In this document: positions 22,637-32,014 of the stretch, piece by piece
How positions within the stretch are numbered: position 1 is the first letter of the stretch
Layout: the number at the start of each line of letters is the position of its first letter
Origin: Octopus bimaculoides
Taxonomy: Eukaryota
DNA length: 32,014 bases
Direction: 5' to 3'
Assembly: GCF_001194135.2 (NCBI RefSeq)
Contig: NC_068997.1
Coordinates: 8,247,608 to 8,279,621, forward strand
Made by a program: the position numbers and the translations under genes
Notes under the pieces: model-generated
Told to the model about the DNA's origin: nothing
Seen by the model: only the letters and a program-made list of their open reading frames with translations
Databases searched by the model: none

Positions 22637-23180
22637 TAAAAAAATAAAAACATTGCTCTACAAACAAAGTCCCGTGAAATATCTGCATAGCACAGAATTA
22701 CCGACAATCTTTTGCTATGTTTGCCATCAGAAGAAATACGTAGAAAATCGGTGACTGAAACATCCGAAACCTACAACCAAATATGTTACTATTATAAATA
22801 GTTGCAGAGAAAGATGGAGTGACAGCATTGCATTGGGTGTACTGCCACACCCAATAACACCAAATTTCAGGCAGGGGTATAACAAAAGTTTTCTTTTAAG
22901 ATTTGTGGTTATTAACAAATGAAGTTAATATTTATTAATGAATTTGCCATTTTCAATGGATGTGCAGCACACATCTAGCACACCTGCAATATACACTCCT
23001 GATTTTTACAAACTCAATACCTTCTGGTATCAAATACAACTAAGATCAACTTTGCCTTTCATCTTTTCAAGTCAATAAATAACAAACCAATTATTATTAT
23101 TATTTAAATATTATTATTGTTAAAAAATATGATTATTATAATTACCACCACCACCACCACCACCACCACCACCACCACCA

Positions 23181-24020
23181 NNNNNNNNNNNNNNNNNNNN
23201 NNNNNNNNNNNNNNNNNNNNNNNNNNNNNNNNNNNNNNNNNNNNNNNNNNNNNNNNNNNNNNNNNNNNNNNNNNNNNNNNNNNNNNNNNNNNNNNNNNNN
23301 NNNNNNNNNNNNNNNNNNNNNNNNNNNNNNNNNNNNNNNNNNNNNNNNNNNNNNNNNNNNNNNNNNNNNNNNNNNNNNNNNNNNNNNNNNNNNNNNNNNN
23401 NNNNNNNNNNNNNNNNNNNNNNNNNNNNNNNNNNNNNNNNNNNNNNNNNNNNNNNNNNNNNNNNNNNNNNNNNNNNNNNNNNNNNNNNNNNNNNNNNNNN
23501 NNNNNNNNNNNNNNNNNNNNNNNNNNNNNNNNNNNNNNNNNNNNNNNNNNNNNNNNNNNNNNNNNNNNNNNNNNNNNNNNNNNNNNNNNNNNNNNNNNNN
23601 NNNNNNNNNNNNNNNNNNNNNNNNNNNNNNNNNNNNNNNNNNNNNNNNNNNNNNNNNNNNNNNNNNNNNNNNNNNNNNNNNNNNNNNNNNNNNNNNNNNN
23701 NNNNNNNNNNNNNNNNNNNNNNNNNNNNNNNNNNNNNNNNNNNNNNNNNNNNNNNNNNNNNNNNNNNNNNNNNNNNNNNNNNNNNNNNNNNNNNNNNNNN
23801 NNNNNNNNNNNNNNNNNNNNNNNNNNNNNNNNNNNNNNNNNNNNNNNNNNNNNNNNNNNNNNNNNNNNNNNNNNNNNNNNNNNNNNNNNNNNNNNNNNNN
23901 NNNNNNNNNNNNNNNNNNNNNNNNNNNNNNNNNNNNNNNNNNNNNNNNNNNNNNNNNNNNNNNNNNNNNNNNNNNNNNNNNNNNNNNNNNNNNNNNNNNN
24001 NNNNNNNNNNNNNNNNNNNA
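23181..24020. other. Assembly gap (840 N) between an (ACC)n run and a SINE
   Basis: Direct reading. Probably hides GPD1 exon 4. Confidence 0.98.
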
Positions 24021-24306
24021 ACCGCTAAGTTACGAGGACATAAACACACCAGCATCGGTTATCAAGCGATGTTGGGTGGACAAACACAGACACACAAACA
24101 CATACACACATACATATATATATATATATATACATATATATACGATGGGCTTCTTTCAGTTTCCGTCTACCAAATCCACTCACAAGGCTTTGGTCGGCCC
24201 GAGGCTATAGTAGAAGACACTTGCCCAAGATGCCACGCAGTGAGACTGAACCCGGGACCATGTGGTTGGTAAGCAAGCTACTTACCACACACCCACTCCT
24301 ACGCCT
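24021..24306 (-). mobile_element. SINE family B, 5' portion (3' part runs into the gap)
   Basis: Close match to 5595-5892. Confidence 0.88.
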
Positions 24307-24359
24307 ATGTATATATATATATAAGTTCAAAAAAAAGACAAAAAACAATAACAAAAAAA

Positions 24360-24578
24360 CAACAACGTGAGGATGTGATACGGATAGTGTTACTAGATGC
24401 TCGGGAAAGGAAAGAGAGAGAGTATGACGTTTTGGGCGGAGCCCTTCGTCGGAAACAAGGAAAGTTCAAAGAAGGGAAAAACGGAGGAAGCAAAAAGCAG
24501 CACCAATGTCCATGAGGTTAGCTCATTGGCAGAAGGAAACTTAGAAGAAGAACACATGCCACCTTTAAACTTCTCTGC
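24360..24578 (-). mobile_element. Probable Penelope-like element terminal-repeat fragment with degenerate minimal hammerhead motif
   Basis: Minus 24456-24425: GTTT CCGACGA A GGGC TCC GCCC AAAA CGTCA, i.e. the CUGANGA/stem II/GAAA/ACGU layout with core substitutions. Confidence 0.5.
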
Positions 24579-24735
24579 ATCATCATCATCGTTTAACGTC
24601 CGCTTTCCATGCTAGCATGGGTTGGACGATTTGACTGAGGACTGGTGAAACCGGATGGCAACACCAGGCTCCAATCTAATTTGGCAGAGTTTCTACAGCT
24701 GGATGCCCTTCCTAACGCCAACCACTCAGAGAGTG
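24579..24735 (-). mobile_element. Family A LINE 3' end (young copy)
   Basis: Differs from the copy at 20-175 at only two positions by my alignment. Confidence 0.88.
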
Positions 24736-24989
24736 ATCTGAAATACAAGACATTTTTCTACCCTGATGATGGAGGCTCAATTTATCCAAAGTTAATCTGC
24801 TTCCATTATTGGCTTCATATTATGGTGAACTTACATCTACCAACATTATGATGGATCCCTGAGCCCGCCCCCCAACCAACAGATCTTATAACACTTTACT
24901 TCTTCCCCTTCAGTTTTCTCTGACACTTGTTCTCTGTGTAAGTTTGGTCTATTAATATTAATATGCATGCATTCATACATACATACATA

Positions 24990-25330
24990 CATGATGACCG
25001 TCCACTCGTGACCGAGGAAGACCATTGCTGATCTTCAGGAACATTCTGCGTTCTAGTACTAACTTACATTTTGCATTTATGGCTCCGTTGGTGGCTAATG
25101 AGCCCTGCTCTTGATAAGCATACATGACTGCAAACATTGCAGATTAAGCTTTCCCCATTCACTATACAAGCCATACACTTTCGCGCAGCTCGCTTAAATT
25201 CTTCATGCTGGATACGTGCTCTCTCAAAAGTGTCGATCCCCTCCTTAACCTGCTTCCTCCATCTGTGGCAATGACAGGCATTATTCTCCAAGTCAGTGTC
25301 CTGCATATCACAGGCCTTTAATGTGTCAAG
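24990..25330 (-). mobile_element. RTE LINE 3' end with C-terminal C2H2-like motif
   Basis: RWRKQVKEGIDTFERARIQHEEFKRAARK...CNVCSHVCLSRAGLISHQRSH, then ...cacgagtggacggtcatcat and a (TACA)n flank. Confidence 0.85.
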
Positions 25331-25583
25331 TCCTCATCAACATGCATACATACATGCATACATGCATGTACCTTGACATTCAGTATTCAATTCTTAATCA
25401 TTTCAAACAGGTAAATGTCAACATTAAAAAAGTTACATGAAAAAACGTAAATAATTGATGAAACTTTCTTCCTTGGAATCTTATTGAATGTGTTGAAACA
25501 TTTCATAACAAATGAAGATTAATATTCTAGAAAAAAAAAAAAAGGAAAAAAGCAAACAAAATTAATAAATTTTGATTATTTAC

Positions 25584-25724
25584 TTTGATTAAAGATACAG
25601 CTATTGCTCCAGGTTTTATAGATCCTTTAATGGTACTGCATATTCCTTGAACAAATTGGTGTGGTAAAACAAATATTAAAATATCGGCATTTTCAGTGGC
25701 TTTGAGAACATCAGGGACAGCAAC
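25584..25724 (-). CDS. GPD1: GPD1 coding exon 3
   Basis: ttctag|GTT...AAA|gtaaat, 141 nt, phase 0 to 0. [47 protein letters not shown] includes the ADILIFV.PHQF motif and the SLIK lysine (human K120). Confidence 0.96.
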
Positions 25725-26002
25725 CTAGAAAACAATAAGACCAGTAGACGATAAAGAACAACATGAATTTTTAACACAATAAACTGAGGCTGTTAAGGTG
25801 ACCAATAAAATATAGTAGACAAAAAAAAATTTGATTCAAACAGTGATTATAATAATTTTTTGGAACTCAGAAATACAGGATATAAAATAATGTCAAATAT
25901 TGAGGAAAACATAAAGGAACATTACACCTTCAGATTTCCATAGTTTTATATTTTCAATCAGAGTTTTGAAATATAACAGACATCTCTTGCAGGTGATTAT
26001 TA

Positions 26003-26165
26003 TACATAGGAGCACAGATATGTTGTGGACTTCAGTTTGCTTCACAACCACATGGTATAGAGTTCAATTCTTCTGTGCAGCACCTTAGACAAGTGCTTTC
26101 TACTATAGCTTTGATCAACCAAAGCCTCATGAGAAATATTCAGATTAAAACTGTGCAGAAACCCA
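26003..26165 (+). mobile_element. Degenerate 5' part of SINE family B
   Basis: caaccacatggt...agttcaattc...caccttagacaagtgctttctactatagc; followed by (TG)n. Confidence 0.6.
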
Positions 26166-26180
26166 TCTTATTTATTATTG

Positions 26181-26215
<35 letters not shown>

Positions 26216-26216
26216 C

Positions 26217-26247
<31 letters not shown>

Positions 26248-26484
26248 CATGTGTGTGTGCGTGCATGTGTATTGCATTTACATAGTATCATGGGCTGAAT
26301 GGTATTTTTTGAGGCAGTGTTTTGTGACTGGGTGTCTTTCTTGATGCAAACTCCTTCCATGCCTTTTACATTAAGCAGGGACAATCTAAAACTCTGTGTA
26401 TGTGTGTGCGTGAGAGAGAAAGTGAGAGAGAAAGAGAAAGAGTGGTTGTGTACAAAATGGAAGAATAAGTAGATTGGACAAAAA

Positions 26485-26760
26485 TAGCTGTTGGTATTTT
26501 GTTCCACCCTGTATACATCCCTTTATGCCAAGATTGACTGTGCTTTCTCCCCAAAGTACATAGGTGGAGGAATTTCAACCATGTTTCGTGGTCTGCAACC
26601 ACAACGGCTCCTTTATAGGATCCAGTTAGCTCAAGACATCATCAGGAGGAACCACGTCCGGTTTCGGCCCCTACTCCTCTACCGTTTTGACGTGGCGGGG
26701 CCACCCCCTTTCAGAGGTGTCTTCAGCTCTGGTGTTGGGTGCATGTCTTTTTTCACTGTT
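26485..26760 (-). mobile_element. GC-rich repeat fragment with tandem hammerhead-like motifs (Penelope/retrozyme-like)
   Basis: CTGAAGA (26726-26720), GCCCC/GGGGC stem, CGAAAC, CTGATGA (26645-26639), second CGAAAC (26589-26584). Confidence 0.45.
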
Positions 26761-27659
26761 TGTGACTGTTCTAATTCAATAATATAATCAACAGACAGAG
26801 CCCAACAGTCATAGAGAAAGAATGAAAAAAAAAACATGGTTTACAGAAACTGTAAGAAAGAAACTATAAGCAAACGGTTGCAGCAGAGATAGCCAAATGA
26901 GTAAGGTATCAGAAAGCCAGCTGACAGGTAAGTATATTACATCCTGTCATCTGAGTAGTTTTATGTCTGTAGTCAAGAAATTTAACTCACAAAAGCTGAG
27001 TCCACTTAGCTCCATGTAAGTAACACCACTGATATAATTCACTGCTGCAGACAGTGAAAGAACCAGAAATTACTGAATATTCTATTTGTTTCTGGTGTTA
27101 GGTTCAATTCCCCTGTCAGGAAAAATCACTTGAGATAGATCAGTGTTCTCTATTGGAAGAGAATCCTCTCTTGTCTTTTTAATGCAACAAAAACTACACA
27201 TAACCACCAGCTCTATGTATTCTTGTGATTGAAAAAGTATTAGCCATTCTGTAGTCAGTCTGTTTAAATAAAGTAAAATGAACAAGAAATTAATACAAAA
27301 ATATCTCTGAGAAATACATTATTAAGAAATGATAGCTGTAATGCTCTACTTGCAAGCATAGCTGTGAGGTTAAGAAGTTCGTTTCACCACCACATAGTGC
27401 TTAGGTTCAATCCTCTTGCAGGTTGAAGAATGCCTTGCAAGTGAAATTTTCAAGATGGAAACTGTATGGAAGCCAGTCACAGCAAAAACATTCTCATCTC
27501 ATCCTGTCTTCTGACTTTGCAAGACATTTTATTTTTTGCTGCCTAAGGTATTTTTGAGACCATTAGCTTGTATATTCTTTCTCCCCAAAGATGGATAAGT
27601 GTCCAAAATGTTGGATGATTTTTCATGCTTTGCATGTCTTGCAAACAACTCGCACATGC

Positions 27660-27790
27660 AAGTGCTACCAGTCAATAACTCTGCATACCGGAAGCCAGCA
27701 AGTGTATGGGGTCATCAGGAGAGAATGCGCGCCATTTCAGGGCCTACCTCTCGACGGCATCAATGCGCACCGGCCCCCTTCACTGTAAGT
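27660..27790 (-). mobile_element. Second GC-rich fragment with the same hammerhead-like architecture
   Basis: GGGCC..GGCCC T GAAA TG GCGCG CA TTC TCTC CTGATGA. Confidence 0.4.
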
Positions 27791-27895
27791 TATTTTTTTA
27801 CAACAAACCTTTATAAATTAATATTTATTTTTTTACAACAAACCTTTATAAATTAATATTTATTTTTTTACAACAAACCTTTATAAATTAATATT
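27791..27895. repeat. 35-bp perfect tandem repeat x3
   Basis: TATTTTTTTACAACAAACCTTTATAAATTAATATT at 27791, 27826 and 27861. Confidence 0.97.
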
Positions 27896-28380
27896 TGTCA
27901 AAGCAGACCACAACCAATTTCCACAGATTCTGGGTCTTTCCTTTGTATATTGCTTAGCATAGAAAATTAAAGTTGTTTTGTAAAAAAATTTATAAAGACT
28001 CCACTAACATGAAAAAAATAGTTGTTCAGTTAGTATTAACATATTTGATGCTCAGAGAATTAAAAAGTTCATTAGAAATAATTATGTGATGAGATGATAA
28101 GAAAAAATATTAGCCATAGATTACAATCATTTTATATATTTAAGTAAGTACGGTAGACAACTCCAAGTATGTTTCAGCTTCATTATGAACTCATCAGCAA
28201 AGTGGTCTTTACCATACTTTTCTGAAGTAATGATGGATAAAAGTCACTAAGTGAATGTAAAAGAATGTACACTGGCTGATGTAGAAAAATAAGTTTAAAG
28301 AATAAATCACTCACAGATACTTTCTGCATGAAAAACAAATAGAAAATACTTTAAGATAGCAAATAGCGAATTTTTCTTAC

Positions 28381-28561
28381 CACATTCTCAGGTATTGTGA
28401 TTCCAGGAAGGTATTTAACATTTATATGTGTAGTATTGAAAATTTCAGAGAGTTTCTGGCCCTCGTATAGTTCTTCATACATGTACATGTTTATAGTACG
28501 TTCAAATAGATTTGTGCGCTCACTCACATTTTTGCCTGTAATTTTAGCAATAGCTGAACCC
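28381..28561 (-). CDS. GPD1: Glycerol-3-phosphate dehydrogenase [NAD+], coding exon 2
   Basis: tttcag|G...GTG|gtaaga, 181 nt, phase 2 to 0. Translates (W)GSAIAKITGKNVSERTNLFERTINMYMYEELYEGQKLSEIFNTTHINVKYLPGITIPENV, matching the GPD1 GSAIAK...NVKYLPG segment. Confidence 0.96.
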
Positions 28562-28764
28562 CTGAAAAATAAAAATCATCACTAACATTTAAATATCATT
28601 CATAAAAGAGAAAGAAGGGTAATATAAAAAAAACATTGGAGATTAGCAAACGTGTGTAACATTGTTGCTGAATCAGTCAGTTAGCTTTGATAAATAAATT
28701 TAAACAACTGACTTCTCAAAATCATTCAAATTCACTATTAATATAAAGAGATTACCTTTGGTTC

Positions 28765-28765
<1 letters not shown>

Positions 28766-28831
<66 letters not shown>

Positions 28832-28940
28832 GTAATAAAAATATTCAGACAAATACATAACAAAAACACCAGGACTTACAAATATACATAACATACAGAA
28901 AATTGCACTACTGGGCACTGCACACATCCTACGCAAATAT
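28766..28940 (+). mobile_element. (AAT)n plus R4/Dong-like ORF C-terminal fragment
   Basis: KYITKTPGLTNIHNIQKIALLGTAHILRK directly after an (AAT)n run. Homologous to 21900-22000 in the opposite orientation. Confidence 0.7.
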
Positions 28941-29042
28941 ATATATACTCAAAGCCAGGAACCTCTCAGTACCCCCTTGTGCACATATATATATAAATTC
29001 TTCAGATATTTAAGATGGTTGTTTAACACCTAGTTAAATTGT

Positions 29043-29044
<2 letters not shown>

Positions 29045-29120
<76 letters not shown>

Positions 29121-29137
29121 NNNNNNNNNNNNNNNNN

Positions 29138-29188
<51 letters not shown>

Positions 29189-29241
29189 TATATATACACA
29201 TATATACATATATATATACATATATACACATATATACATAT
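29045..29241. repeat. (TA)n microsatellite with 18-N gap (29121-29138)
   Basis: Direct reading. Confidence 0.95.
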
Positions 29242-29535
29242 GGCACGTGAAAAAACATTTGAGCGAAGTCGTTGCCAGTGCTGCTGGACTGGCTCCTGTG
29301 CAGGTGGCACGTAAAAAACACAATTTTGAGCGTCGCCTTTGTCAGTACCGCCTTACTGGCCCTTGTGCCGGTGGCACATAAAAGCATCCACTACACTCTT
29401 GGAGTGGTTGGCATTAGGAAGGGCATCCAGCTGTAGAAATTCTGCCAGATCAGATTGGAGCCTGGTGCAGCCATCTCGTTCACCAGTCCTCAGTCAAATC
29501 GTCCAGCCCATGCTAGCATGGAAAGCGGACGTTAA

Positions 29536-29570
<35 letters not shown>
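29242..29570 (+). mobile_element. Family A LINE 3' end with two internal tandem subunits of about 65 bp and a (GAT)n tail
   Basis: tggcacgt(g/a)aaaa...gagcg...ccag..c.g...actggc repeated, then the shared 3' segment. Confidence 0.85.
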
Positions 29571-30814
29571 ATTTATAGCCAGTTGACCAGCAAGTACCAA
29601 ACATTTTGATCATGGACTATTGACCTAACTATTTAGTAAAGTTTGTTATCATCATATCAGTTTAGTCAGCTGGAACTTCTATTAATATTATTCTACAATT
29701 TTTATTTTTGAAGTACACTGGCAATGTGACAACATAATTTTTTAAAAATTGAATTTGTATTTTGTGTATTTGCATAAATCACATTTTACTTTAAGCCCGT
29801 TTGTCATTCTGAATCAGTTTAATAACTACAAACTAAAACATCAAAAAATATATCCACATTCTGAAAGAACATTGAAAAGTAATGTTCTTATCTTCAAATT
29901 CAAGTATACTCCTCTCCGTTTGTTCTGATACCAACGAAGCTAACCACTGAGCTTCCTACTTGTGATTGTATATATATCCTTCACTTCTAATTTTGCTGTT
30001 ATCCTCACAGGAATCTCATCAAACTAGTCCCTTTGTTCATCAACCAGCTAAACTTGTGGGACATATGAAGAAGCTTCTACAGAGCTACACGACTTGCTTA
30101 AACAGTATAGCCAGACTCTTTTATGAAACTCTTTGTCATCTCTAAAGAGAAGGTTACTCTGAAGAGAAGGTTACCCTCAGAAAACCCCAACGGTGCTGAA
30201 GTGTTATCAAGTGGTGGTGATTGAAAACTTTTATCCAGCTAGGCCAATTGCTTTACAATACTCAAAGTGGCGTATCTCATTACTTTGAGTTCAATTTCAG
30301 ATGCAGTTCATATTTCTTTCAGTTAGTGTAATATTATGAACTTATTGTAACAGTGTTCAGGTGTACTACATATAGATCTTATTTCACCTGGCAGCTGATC
30401 ATGTCAAAGATATACTATAAAAATCTCTTCAATAAATAGGGTTGTGTGTCTTGCTACAAAAACAAAATACATAGATACATATAATCACTGATAACATGTA
30501 AAACTGGTACGCCCAACTGCGTAACCCAGCTAAACTTAGTGTCCATTTAAACAATGTGTTTGTGGATGGTTAATGGGTTGGTTGTGGTGCTGAACAAAAG
30601 AGCAAGAACTCCTGAAATGTCCATACACACCCATTACCTATTTTTCTATCTTCGATCGCATTGTTTACATAGATGTATTCATATATGAAATGGCATAACT
30701 TTCAGTAGTGGCTCTGAATTCTATAGAAAATCTATAGAGATAACTTTAAAAAGTGATACATAGAAACATACTTTCCACAGGCTCAATACAGAAGCTCAGA
30801 CTCTGTAAACATAC

Positions 30815-30856
30815 TAATGTACTATGTACTATGTACTATGTACTATGTACTATGTA
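30815..30856. repeat. (ACTATGT)n 7-mer tandem repeat
   Basis: About 5-6 copies by direct reading. Confidence 0.9.
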
Positions 30857-31212
30857 CTCTGTACATTAGAAGAGAATACAAGAAACTGTCCATTCTTTAA
30901 ATGATTTCAGGATAAGATAAATATGCAAAGTAAATAACAGACCAATAACACTAAATTGCTGTTATATATGAACTGATTAAGACAATAATCAGCTCATGTA
31001 CACATCCTGCATGAGAAAGAAGCAACTGTTAAACTAGAAAATATTTACACTGTAGAAGAGTGGAAGAGTAAGAGGTGGGTCTGAAAAGCTTTTGAGACCA
31101 AAACATTTAATGACATGACAACAGGGAAAGAATACTTTTATCTCATATTCAGGCTCAAAACCAATACAATACTCTTCATTTGTTTGTACATTTATATATT
31201 TCAGAAAAACAA

Positions 31213-31392
31213 TGTGTTCATGTGTGTGTGTGTGTGTATATTGTGTGTGTGCAAACACACACATGTTCATATTTGTGTGTGTATGTGTGTGTGTTTGTTT
31301 GTGGTGTGTGTGTGTATGTTGTGTGCATGTGAGCACACACATGTTCATGTTTGTGTGTTGTGTGCGTGCAAGCACACACACGTTCATGTTTG

Positions 31393-31433
<41 letters not shown>

Positions 31434-31515
31434 TGTGCGTGCGAGCACACATGTGTTCATGTTTGTGTGTCTGTGTGTGTTTGTGTGCATGCATGAGTGT
31501 GTGTATGTATGTATG
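31213..31515. repeat. (TG)n-based higher-order minisatellite
   Basis: Recurrent unit ttgtgtgc.tgc.agcacacacatgttcatgtttg separated by variable (TG)n. Confidence 0.85.
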
Positions 31516-31924
31516 CATAAAGAACAAAATCAGTGGAGCGACAGAAAATTACAGTGCCTGTCAGTATTTGTCATCCAGTGGCATAGACCGTATAATCAGT
31601 GGAGCAGAACCGAAATTGCCCTACAATATATTTCAGAAACTTGCTCCTACTAATCCTTCAACAGGTGAGGCACAAGGCAGCTGGTAGCTATAGTTCAGTA
31701 CAAAGGTATGCTTTATTAAAATAGAATGTAGTGACAAGATGCTGAACTTAGGAATTCAATATCTTAAGCACACAACAGTTACACATATACAGAAGTGAGT
31801 TTTATCCCATTAGCATGATACAACTAACATCAATAGCATCATCATCATCTTAATCATCAGCAATAACAATTATTCTTTCTTTTTTTTATATAATAATAAG
31901 ATGTTTACACTTTGTCTTAAAATA

Positions 31925-32014
31925 TTGGTTTCAAACTTTGGCAAAAGACTAGCAATTTCTGGGGAGGGGATAAATTACATTGATGAAAGACAAAGTCGAC
32001 CGCGGCAGAATTTG
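31925..32014 (-). mobile_element. SINE family D fragment (cut by window edge)
   Basis: Reverse complement caaattctgccgcggtcgactttgtctttcat... matches the family D body. Confidence 0.65.

Noticed and set aside
22690-22770. LLMANIAKD as a possible GPD1 exon 4 (cf. LMGANIA)
   Set aside because: It lacks the Gly, is in the wrong phase relative to its acceptor, is too short, and has no similarity in the flanking residues.
22832-22855. 9-bp hairpin ATTGGGTGT-ACTGCC-ACACCCAAT as a Helitron 3' end or iron-responsive element
   Set aside because: No CTRR terminus at the expected distance on either strand, and the loop is not CAGUGN.
23117-24055. 303-aa and 311-aa ORFs in the track
   Set aside because: Artefacts of the N gap.
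24758-24795. Plus-strand CTGATGA TGGA...TCCA AAG hammerhead-like motif (a similar one lies at 8191-8225)
   Set aside because: GAAA and stems I/III are too degenerate to call. At most old Penelope-type relics.
27791-27895. 35-bp direct repeats as a CRISPR-like array
   Set aside because: No spacers between units and the context is eukaryotic.
31034-31687. Long HT/CV-rich ORFs here and at 1288, 8503, 22402, 26075 and 29023
   Set aside because: Translations of dinucleotide microsatellites.

Overview
AT-rich, microsatellite- and retroposon-dense animal DNA. The repeat families look cephalopod (Octopus-like); that is inferred from sequence style, not verified. The only recognisable host gene is a cytosolic NAD-dependent glycerol-3-phosphate dehydrogenase (GPD1/Gpdh) on the minus strand, which the ORF track misses because its exons are short. 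Seven coding exons with GT-AG boundaries and consistent phases were read by hand: 28561-28381, 25724-25584, 18171-18059, 17673-17553, 15657-15548, 12610-12504 and 11980-11878. Exon 1 was not found and probably lies right of the window. The roughly 139-nt exon 4 is absent from the readable sequence and most likely sits in the 840-N gap at 23181-24020. The introns and flanks carry tRNA-derived SINEs, RTE-like and R4/Dong-like LINE 3' ends, piggyBac-, Charlie- and mariner-type MITEs, and an internally deleted hAT element. The most interesting unexplained structures are several hammerhead-ribozyme-like motifs in the GPD1 introns (two with covarying stems), a near-perfect 48-bp hairpin just downstream of GPD1, and two divergent TATA-type promoter-like modules at about 1.0 and 2.9 kb with no identifiable gene.
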